A stretch of DNA of 64,000 bases from a bacterium. GTDB lineage: Bacteria > UBA4055. Each line of letters begins with the position of its first letter. Position 1 is the first letter of the stretch. Under the pieces are notes generated by a model. The model did not search any database, was not told where the DNA came from, and worked only from the letters and a program-made list of their open reading frames with translations. Below are positions 36,372-43,508 of the stretch, in pieces. The translations under genes were made by a program, and so were the position numbers. The stretch is taken from assembly GCA_029559475.1 (NCBI GenBank), contig JAKQBN010000061.1, positions 3,488 to 67,487 on the forward strand. Reading direction: 5' to 3'.

Positions 36372-38777
36372 ATGAGTTTATATGAAAAATTACAAAAAGC
36401 TACAAGCGAAGAAGATGTTAAAGACGCATATATCAAAGCTCTGGGATTAAAAAACTACTCGAAAAATCTGATTGACCTGCAAACAAAAGAAATCTGGTTT
36501 GAAGCAAAAGATACGAAAAGAAATTCAACGTACGCTATGTTCACACAATTGATGCATTATGTTCAGGCCGCTTTGAACAAAGGCGAATATATTCCGCCAT
36601 TTTTGGCAGTAATTGATACCGAAAAAGCAGCGATAATGAAAAGCTCGGATGTTATACCTTTCTTAGCAAAGAAAACAATAAAATGGGGTAAATCTGCGAG
36701 CCAGTACACACAAGAAGCGCTTGATGAAATCTCAACACATATCGGTACTCATTTTGTTTCGTTTAAAATATCTACGCATGAAGAAGAATTTATTAGCACT
36801 GTAAAAGAAGCTATAAAATCAGGCGATATAATCAGGACTAATATCACTCCTGATAACCTCAAGCAGGTATTTGATAAATGGGTATCTATGATAGGCAGGG
36901 AAATAAAAGAAGTCGATGAGAAAGATTATGCTTTGCTATTCTACGCGGATATTATGCACGATGGGGTAATGGCAACTCATAGTAATTTAACTGCTCAACT
37001 GCTACATAAAAACGACGCCCCGGTATTTAGCTTAAATGGGCACTTATACGAGCTTGGAAACAAGGAAGGTTACCGTCAGTTTTGGGCAATTTACCAAAAG
37101 CCACCTAAAGAGGAATACCGGAATTATTTACTTGAGAGGCGCGATAGTTTGATTCCTCTTGACGAGAGAGTATATAAAGGCGGCTATTACACACCTTTGA
37201 ATGTCGTAGATAAGGCTTACGATAAACTTACTGAAACATTAGGCAAGAACTGGCAGAAAGATTACATAGTTTGGGATATGTGTTGCGGGGTAGGAAATTT
37301 AGAGGTTAAGCATAGTAATCATCGAAATATTTTTATGTCAACATTGGATATGGCCGATGTTGATATTATGCAAGCTACAAAAACCTGCGTGGCAGCCCAG
37401 CGTTTTCAATATGATTATTTAAACGACGATATCACAGATAATGGACAAATTGATTATACCCTCACAAATAAAGTACCTTCAAGTTTACTGAAAGCTATAA
37501 AGGAAGAAAAAAAGATTTTAGTGTTGATTAATCCTCCCTATGCTGAATCAACAAGTTCAGATAATATTAATACAGGAGGGGCTTCAGACTCAAGTAAGAC
37601 TGGCATTGCAAAAACAAAGCTAGCACAATCAGCTATGAGTGAGTATGGTAAAGCAAGTAATGAACTCTTTACTCAGTTTGTTGTCAGAATAGCTAAAGAA
37701 ATGCCTAATGCAACTTTAGCTATGTTTAGCACTATGAAGTATGTCAATTCTCAAACATTAGAAATATTTCGTTCTGTTTGGAATGCAAAATATTTGGATG
37801 GTTTCGTTGTACATAGCAAAACCTTTGATGGGTTGAAAGGCGATTTTCCAATTGGATTCTTAATATGGAAAACGGATCAAAAATCAAAAACCAAACAACC
37901 CATAGTAGAAATATCCACTGAAGTGTTAGACAGACATGTCAATCCCATTGGTGAAAAATGCTTTTACAATATTTCTAACGATTTACTTCTAACTAATTGG
38001 ATAAAACGTCCCAAAACAAATGAAACAGAAGTTATCCCATTAAAAAATGCAATTACTCCTGCAACCGCGAATAAAGATTTAAGAGGAACTAAGTGGTCTA
38101 AAGATGCTCTTGCGTTTTGTTGGTGTAATGGTAATGATGTACAACAAGCTTCACGAACCGCATTATTCTCTTCTGGTTTCAATGGTGGTCATGGATTATT
38201 TGTTAATCCTGAAAATCTCTGGCAAGTCGCAATAATGTTTTCAGTTCGTCAATTAGTTAAACACACATGGGTTAATCATAATGACCAGTTTTTAATACCA
38301 ACAGAGCCATTATCTTATGAGTTTAAAACCGATTGTTTAATTTTCATGTTGTTTCATGGTAAAAATCTTTCAGCAAGTGCAAATGATCTAAAATGGAATG
38401 ATAAAAAGTGGTCAATAGTAAATCATTTCATCCCCTTTACTGAAGTAGAAGTAAATTCGCCAGGCCGTTTTGAATCGGACTTTATGGTTCAGTACCTGGC
38501 TGATAAAGAGCTTTCTCCTGAAGCTAAAACAGTTTTAGATGGGGGAAGAAAATTATGGCAAAGCTATTTTTCTGAGACTGATGTTAGATCTGTACGAGAT
38601 AAATACTGTCTTAACAGAACTGATGTCGGCTGGTATCAGGTTCGTAAAGCACTTGAAGAGAGAAATGCCAGCGGAGATTTCATTCCGGTTAGTTTCAAAC
38701 CCTTAGAAGAAGCATATAAGAACTTAACCGATAAGCTGAACCCGCAAGTTTATGAGCTTGGGTTCTTGCGTAAATAA
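36372..38777 (+). CDS. MmeI-like Type IIL/IIG restriction-modification protein (N-terminal PD-ExK nuclease + gamma-class N6-adenine methyltransferase + C-terminal target-recognition region)
   Basis: The N-terminus IDLQTKEIWFEAKDT...AMFTQLMHYVQAALNKGEYIPPFLAVIDTEKAAI parallels the MmeI catalytic region VDLFWPGILLIEMK...AYDQALDYF...LPRYVLVCDFQRFRL (D-x8/9-E-x-K). MTase motif I VWDMCCGVGNL. Motif IV VLINPPYAES. Confidence 0.6.
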   Translation: MSLYEKLQKATSEEDVKDAYIKALGLKNYSKNLIDLQTKEIWFEAKDTKRNSTYAMFTQLMHYVQAALNKGEYIPPFLAVIDTEKAAIMKSSDVIPFLAKKTIKWGKSASQYTQEALDEISTHIGTHFVSFKISTHEEEFISTVKEAIKSGDIIRTNITPDNLKQVFDKWVSMIGREIKEVDEKDYALLFYADIMHDGVMATHSNLTAQLLHKNDAPVFSLNGHLYELGNKEGYRQFWAIYQKPPKEEYRNYLLERRDSLIPLDERVYKGGYYTPLNVVDKAYDKLTETLGKNWQKDYIVWDMCCGVGNLEVKHSNHRNIFMSTLDMADVDIMQATKTCVAAQRFQYDYLNDDITDNGQIDYTLTNKVPSSLLKAIKEEKKILVLINPPYAESTSSDNINTGGASDSSKTGIAKTKLAQSAMSEYGKASNELFTQFVVRIAKEMPNATLAMFSTMKYVNSQTLEIFRSVWNAKYLDGFVVHSKTFDGLKGDFPIGFLIWKTDQKSKTKQPIVEISTEVLDRHVNPIGEKCFYNISNDLLLTNWIKRPKTNETEVIPLKNAITPATANKDLRGTKWSKDALAFCWCNGNDVQQASRTALFSSGFNGGHGLFVNPENLWQVAIMFSVRQLVKHTWVNHNDQFLIPTEPLSYEFKTDCLIFMLFHGKNLSASANDLKWNDKKWSIVNHFIPFTEVEVNSPGRFESDFMVQYLADKELSPEAKTVLDGGRKLWQSYFSETDVRSVRDKYCLNRTDVGWYQVRKALEERNASGDFIPVSFKPLEEAYKNLTDKLNPQVYELGFLRK

Positions 38778-38798
38778 ATATAAATCTTTCTCTGGAGG

Positions 38799-39839
38799 AT
38801 GTTAATGTCTGATAACAATATACCTGAAAACAATAATAATAGTTTGGAAAATATTGCCAAAGATTACACTGAAAAAATGCTTTCTAAATCGATAAGTAAT
38901 ATTAATTTAGACTCTTTGAAAGGTAATTCCGATAAGATAAAAGAAATTAAAGATAAAATATCATTTCATTCAATACATAGCGAACCGGTTCTTATCACAG
39001 GTGCAAGTGGTACAGGTAAAAGGCTCGTGGCTCATCTGATTCATAGCAACAGTATCTATAAAGAAAAGCCATACAAAGAAATAAACTGTCTGCTTTTTTC
39101 TAACGATAGGTTTAATTTTGACGAACTTATAGATCTTCCTAATGGTGGCACTATCTATATTAGTAATACTCATCAACTGCCTTTGCAAGCTCAATTAAAT
39201 ATAATATATCTACTTTACGACGACTTTAAGAATGAAAAGCCCTCGATACCTAAAGTACGGTTTATCTTTAGTGCAGAGAGTAATCTCATTGAATATGTAG
39301 ATAAAGGCAGCCTCCAGAAAAGCTTCTTTGATCTTATAAGTAACTTTGAAATTAAAACACCAAGTTTATACGAGATCAAAGACGATATTAAGATATTAGC
39401 TGAAAGCTTAGTTGACAAACTAAACCAAAAGTATTTAAAGCAAATTGTGTTACGTTCTGATGCCTATGCTGTTCTAAAAAATCAATTATACATGAATAAT
39501 GTACATGACTTAAAGAATGTTTTGATAAAATCTTTTATTCACGCTATGTACGAAGATAATGAAATAATCATGGCTGGGGATATAAAGAAGCATTTTGAAC
39601 CTTACATAATCAAATGCATAGACGAAATACTCGTACCGATACCAATGCCTGAAAATAAGTCTCTTTCATCATACCTTGAAGAGATTAAGATCAAAATTTA
39701 TGAATCTGCTTTGAACCATACTTCAAAGACTTTAGGCAAAAAGAGCCAGAAAAAAGCTAGTGAGTTTCTAAATGAAGATCAATCAACAATATCCAGGTTA
39801 GAAAATAAAAGAAAAACCAAATTTCTTAAATCACTATAA
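38799..39839 (+). CDS. Degenerate sigma-54-activator-like AAA+ domain protein with C-terminal HTH (catalytic motifs and GAFTGA loop absent)
   Basis: PVLITGASGTGKRLVAHLIHSNS and PYKEINC match the bEBP Walker A/NC region. Walker B is replaced (GGTIYISNT versus GTLFLDEI). No GAFTGA. The arginine-finger region is FFDL instead of FReDL. The C-terminus TLGKKSQKKASEFLNEDQSTISRL is Fis-type HTH-like. Confidence 0.5.
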   Translation: MLMSDNNIPENNNNSLENIAKDYTEKMLSKSISNINLDSLKGNSDKIKEIKDKISFHSIHSEPVLITGASGTGKRLVAHLIHSNSIYKEKPYKEINCLLFSNDRFNFDELIDLPNGGTIYISNTHQLPLQAQLNIIYLLYDDFKNEKPSIPKVRFIFSAESNLIEYVDKGSLQKSFFDLISNFEIKTPSLYEIKDDIKILAESLVDKLNQKYLKQIVLRSDAYAVLKNQLYMNNVHDLKNVLIKSFIHAMYEDNEIIMAGDIKKHFEPYIIKCIDEILVPIPMPENKSLSSYLEEIKIKIYESALNHTSKTLGKKSQKKASEFLNEDQSTISRLENKRKTKFLKSL

Positions 39840-39865
39840 TAATTTTTCACTTACATCAATTATAT

Positions 39866-39891
39866 ATTATTAATATATATATATTAATAAT
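39866..39891. repeat. Perfect 26-bp AT-only palindrome ATTATTAATATATATATATTAATAAT
   Basis: Exact reverse-complement symmetry. It sits in a 320-bp AT-rich intergenic spacer inside the island. Confidence 0.6.
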
Positions 39892-40102
39892 TGAAGAACT
39901 ATATCGTCTTCATTCCATTGCAAACTTATGAATATTTAAAGTACTGCCCATTACAGAATCAAAAAAATGTTTATCTATTACTTAGGCACAATTAAGTATT
40001 ATATCAATTCGTATATTATTTTTTAATTATTACTTACAGCATTATTTCATATTCGAATATTTATAGCTATTATACATAAATTTTCATAATCGATTTTTTT
40101 AC

Positions 40103-40131
40103 TTGACAAAGGTTTTTTTTTATTTTATAAT
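40103..40131 (+). promoter_or_regulatory. Consensus sigma70 promoter TTGACA-N17-TATAAT
   Basis: TTGACA 40103-40108 and TATAAT 40126-40131, about 30 nt upstream of the 40164 ORF. Confidence 0.5.
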
Positions 40132-40163
40132 TCGGGAGAAGTTAAAATAAAAAAAGGATCAGG

Positions 40164-40601
40164 ATGACTTGTAAAAACAACGAAATAGACACCGAAATGG
40201 TGCAAGACGCAGAACTTGAAGCACAAAAGGAAATAGAGTATGCGATAGCCGATAAAGCTGTAAGCGAACTCTTCAAATCAATAGCTAAGAAACACTACAG
40301 AAAAGCTCTTACAAGAGCAGAAATAATTTTAAGCACCCTAAATGATTCCGTAACTCCCAGAGTTTTCACGGATAAAGAAGAATTTTATGTTAGATACTCA
40401 ACTTATATCAGGGCATATTGCCACCTGATGGTTCACAATTATAAAATGGCCTTAACGGGTTATAATGATTTACTAAGATTTAATGAAAGCACTAATGCTG
40501 TAACACCAGATTTTGTAATCACTGAGCTCAAAGAAGCTCAGAATAAATCAGAAAAGATGGTCCAACCGAGACAGAAGCAACAATTAAAAAACCAGAGGTA
40601 A
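40164..40601 (+). CDS. Hypothetical protein (paralog of 32009 ORF), first gene of cassette A
   Basis: RBS AAAAGGA. Shared motif KHYRKALTRAEIIL. Confidence 0.35.
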   Translation: MTCKNNEIDTEMVQDAELEAQKEIEYAIADKAVSELFKSIAKKHYRKALTRAEIILSTLNDSVTPRVFTDKEEFYVRYSTYIRAYCHLMVHNYKMALTGYNDLLRFNESTNAVTPDFVITELKEAQNKSEKMVQPRQKQQLKNQR

Positions 40602-40604
40602 AAA

Positions 40605-40844
40605 ATGAGAAGGCGAAAGAATAATAAACAGCATCTTTATTACAATGGTGTATGTAATTCTCAAAAGAAGAATCCTTATGAATTCGAATACAATTTCACA
40701 TATAATAAAGATAGAACAGCTGTGAAAAGGTACGCATTTAATTCTGGGAACAAGGTGGTTAACGAAACGTTCCAGGAATGTATGGGGTGGTTGAATCTTG
40801 CGAAAGAGGGAATAGATGTTGTGTTTTGCTTGTTAGGAGGATAG
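40605..40844 (+). CDS. Small basic protein with Arg-rich N-terminus (cassette A partner)
   Basis: MRRRKNNKQ...YNFTYNKDRTAVKRYAFNSGNKVVNETFQECMGWLNLAKEGIDVVF. Paralogous to the 41374 ORF. Confidence 0.35.
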   Translation: MRRRKNNKQHLYYNGVCNSQKKNPYEFEYNFTYNKDRTAVKRYAFNSGNKVVNETFQECMGWLNLAKEGIDVVFCLLGG

Positions 40845-40916
40845 CTTTGACTTATAACCTGATATCTAATTCTAACTAAACTTAAAAGCCCAAAAATAAA
40901 AATATAAGGAGCAATT

Positions 40917-41381
40917 ATGAAACAGAAAGATCTTTACGGACAACCAATAACATGTGAAAACAATAGTAGTGATACGCTTATAATGCTTGATATGCCTGAT
41001 AAAAAGTCTCGTACTTCTCATAATTTAATCAGTATGCTTGAAAAATCCTGGGTGCGGGCAGCCTTAAGCATGAAGGATTTCGATCTCTTCTTTGCTTCAA
41101 ACTGCAGTCATCAGGAAGACGAAATCAATATTGGGTTGCCCATCGAAAAGTATGCTTACGATCATTATATTGAACTGCTTAAGAAGAACATCGTCAAAAA
41201 AGGGATTAAGTATAAACGGGTCATTGCACTGGGTGATTTCTCAGAGAAAGTCGCATGGGACATATCAGACGAAATTGCAGAAAAGGACTCAAAAATCGTT
41301 TTCCTACAGATACCATTAAATAATGTTTACGATGAGGATCTGGATAGAATCTGGACCGAAGAGGAGGGCAAAAATGATTAG
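40917..41381 (+). CDS. Hypothetical protein, first gene of cassette B
   Basis: RBS TAAGGAG. 154 aa, acidic C-terminus. Overlaps the next ORF (ATGATTAG). Confidence 0.3.
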   Translation: MKQKDLYGQPITCENNSSDTLIMLDMPDKKSRTSHNLISMLEKSWVRAALSMKDFDLFFASNCSHQEDEINIGLPIEKYAYDHYIELLKKNIVKKGIKYKRVIALGDFSEKVAWDISDEIAEKDSKIVFLQIPLNNVYDEDLDRIWTEEEGKND

Positions 41382-41571
41382 AAGAATTAAAAGAATAAGG
41401 AGATCGAAAAGATTCAAGTATAATTTTGAACTAGGAACGAACCCTATGGTAAAAAGAACATACCGTTATTCTTCAGGTAACGATACGGTCGATGATATCT
41501 TCCACGAGAGTGTAGCTTGTTTGAACACTGTCAAAGAAGTCATCGATATTTTTTTTGATTTCATTACGTAA
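41374..41571 (+). CDS. Small basic protein with Arg-rich N-terminus (cassette B partner)
   Basis: MIRRIKRIRRSKRFKYNFELGTNPMVKRTYRYSSGNDTVDDIFHESVACLNTVKEVIDIFF aligns with the 40605 ORF along its length. Confidence 0.35.
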   Translation: MIRRIKRIRRSKRFKYNFELGTNPMVKRTYRYSSGNDTVDDIFHESVACLNTVKEVIDIFFDFIT

Positions 41572-41619
41572 TCACAGTAATCTAACTACAAGGCGAACAT
41601 GCCTGTAAATATTAACATT

Positions 41620-41649
41620 GGCCAGCAATATCAAAGCTGGCCTTTTTTT
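41620..41649 (+). terminator. Rho-independent terminator ending the island's plus-strand block
   Basis: GGCCAGC-AAUAUCAAA-GCUGGCC followed by UUUUUUU. Confidence 0.55.
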
Positions 41650-41729
41650 ATCCTTTTCTTTTGATGTAGTCTAAGTTATTATTAAATTCGGCATAAAAAC
41701 ATTACAGATACAATACGGATATATTTGAT

Positions 41730-41879
41730 CTATTTTTTAGGTTCTTCTTCGTGCGGAAGCAGTTTGTCTATAGCCACGATCAGAAAGAAAAAAATGAACA
41801 TGAATAAAAATAATGCCGTCATTCCTTTGAAGGATATGTCAATGGCCTGTGAATAAACCGATACTATTTCATTTGTCAT
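41730..41879 (-). CDS. Small single-TM protein downstream of the decarboxylase beta subunit (possible small decarboxylase subunit)
   Basis: 49 aa, MTNEIVSVYSQAIDISFKGMTALFLFMFIFFFLIVAIDKLLPHEEEPKK. Begins 11 nt after the upstream gene. Below the ORF-track size cutoff. Confidence 0.3.
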   Translation of the reverse strand: MTNEIVSVYSQAIDISFKGMTALFLFMFIFFFLIVAIDKLLPHEEEPKK

Positions 41880-41889
41880 AATTTTCTCC

Positions 41890-43023
41890 TTAGTGTACCA
41901 ACGCTAAGATTAGTCCGCCCGCAAGAACCGATCCGATCTGGCCGGATACATTCGCACTGACTGCATGCATTAAAAGATAATTTGTGGGATCTTCTTTGAG
42001 ACCCATCGTATGAATTACCCTGGACGACATCGGGAAAGCCGAAATTCCTGCCGCGCCTATCATAGGATTGACTTTCTTTTTTAAGAAGAAGTTTAGAAGC
42101 TTGGCAAAAAGTACGCCGCCCGCCGTATCGAACATAAAAGCTATCAGTCCAAGACCGATTATAAAAAGTGTTGAGACCTGAAGAAATCTGTCCGCGGTCA
42201 TCGTTGATGCTATAGTGATACCGAGAAGAAGAGTAACGAGGCTGGCAAGTTCATTCTGGGCAGCGAGTGAAAGTTTGTTGAGCACGCCGCATTCCCTTAC
42301 GAGGTTTCCGAACATCAGAAATCCTATCAGCGCGACTGCAGTGGGAGCAAATAAACCGGTCAGAATTGTAACCAGTATCGGGAACAGAACGAGAGTAGCT
42401 CTCGATATTTTTCTATCGTTCCCTCCTCCGTCCATTCTCATCATCCGTTCTTCTTTTGTGGTGAGCATTTTAATAATAGGCGGCTGAATTATAGGTACTA
42501 ACGCCATATATGAATAAGCCGCTACTGATATCGGGCCAAGAAGATTTGGGGCAAATCTTGTCGCTACATAGATCGAAGTCGGGCCGTCTGCTGAGCCGAT
42601 CACCCCTATTGAAGCAGCTTCCTTTATATCGAATCCGAGAAGTGTTGCAAGGATCATTGTGAAAAATATTCCGAACTGCGCAGCTGCGCCAAATAAAAGA
42701 AGCTTGGGATTTCTGAAAAGAGGGCTGAAATCTATCATAGCGCCTATTGCTACAAATATCAGCAGCGGGAATATCTCCGTTAAAATTCCGACCCTGAAAA
42801 ATATCGAAAGTGCTCCTTCAACGACATGACCGCCTTCGACCTGATCAAGTACTGAAGTATATGGTATATTAGCGAGAATAGCTCCGAAACCTATTGGCAG
42901 AAGCAAAGTGGGCTCGTAATTTTTCTTAACGGCAAGAAAGATAAGTGTTCCGCCGATCATCATCATGACGAGCATCTGCCATGTCATTGATGTAAGCCCT
43001 ACCATTAAACCTTCCATGCACAC
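41890..43023 (-). CDS. Na+-translocating decarboxylase beta subunit (OadB/MmdB/GcdB family)
   Basis: N-terminus ...LAVKKNYEPTLLLPIGFGAILANIP and the multi-TM profile match the oxaloacetate/methylmalonyl-CoA/glutaconyl-CoA decarboxylase beta family. GTG start. Confidence 0.7.
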   Translation of the reverse strand: MCMEGLMVGLTSMTWQMLVMMMIGGTLIFLAVKKNYEPTLLLPIGFGAILANIPYTSVLDQVEGGHVVEGALSIFFRVGILTEIFPLLIFVAIGAMIDFSPLFRNPKLLLFGAAAQFGIFFTMILATLLGFDIKEAASIGVIGSADGPTSIYVATRFAPNLLGPISVAAYSYMALVPIIQPPIIKMLTTKEERMMRMDGGGNDRKISRATLVLFPILVTILTGLFAPTAVALIGFLMFGNLVRECGVLNKLSLAAQNELASLVTLLLGITIASTMTADRFLQVSTLFIIGLGLIAFMFDTAGGVLFAKLLNFFLKKKVNPMIGAAGISAFPMSSRVIHTMGLKEDPTNYLLMHAVSANVSGQIGSVLAGGLILALVH

Positions 43024-43054
43024 CTCTATATTAAAAACGAACTTAAATTAAAAA

Positions 43055-43138
43055 TGCCCGGGACTGGGCTCGAACCAGCACAGCATTGCTGCCACCAGAC
43101 CCTGAACCTGGCGTGTCTGCCAATTCCACCACCCGGGC
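43055..43138 (-). tRNA. tRNA-Leu (anticodon CAG), class II with long variable arm; CCA not encoded
   Basis: GCCCGGGTGGTGGAATTGGCAGACACGCCAGGTTCAGGGTCTGGTGGCAGCAATGCTGTGCTGGTTCGAGCCCAGTCCCGGGCA. 7-bp acceptor, anticodon loop UUCAGGG, GTTCGAG T-loop. Close to E. coli tRNA-Leu(CAG). Confidence 0.85.
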
Positions 43139-43508
43139 AATTCATACAGGCGGTAAATATATTATATTTTATTGCCGCGGTCAAGTAATTTATACTGAAA
43201 ATGATATGGGACAGGGCATAACTTAATTCCGTATCTCATCCTGCAACCATTAATCTCAATCACTTCTTTATTAAGTGTGTCGTACCGGCGAAAGAGAAGA
43301 TGTAACGGATATCGATCCGTCTTGAATTATGACCTGTCCTATCACCTTAATAGGTAATTATGATCTGATACAATTCGTATGTAGGCCGCTCCGTTTACAC
43401 CTCTTTACCAGCCGGTATCTGACAGTTTTATAGAAGCGATTGAACGGATGGATCAGGAGTGGTCTGAATATGAAGTTGCATCAGATCGATGGGCAGTTGA
43501 AAGTGCTA

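Noticed and set aside
43055-43138. Possibility that the long tRNA is tRNA-Sec
   Set aside because: The anticodon loop is UUCAGGG (anticodon CAG), the acceptor stem is 7 bp, and the overall sequence closely follows tRNA-Leu(CAG). It is not tRNA-Sec.
43380-43440. Weak resemblance of GTTTAC...TTTACCAGCCGG to SRP RNA domain IV
   Set aside because: The conserved GGAAGGAAGCAGC-type motif and a symmetric helix are not present. Coincidental.
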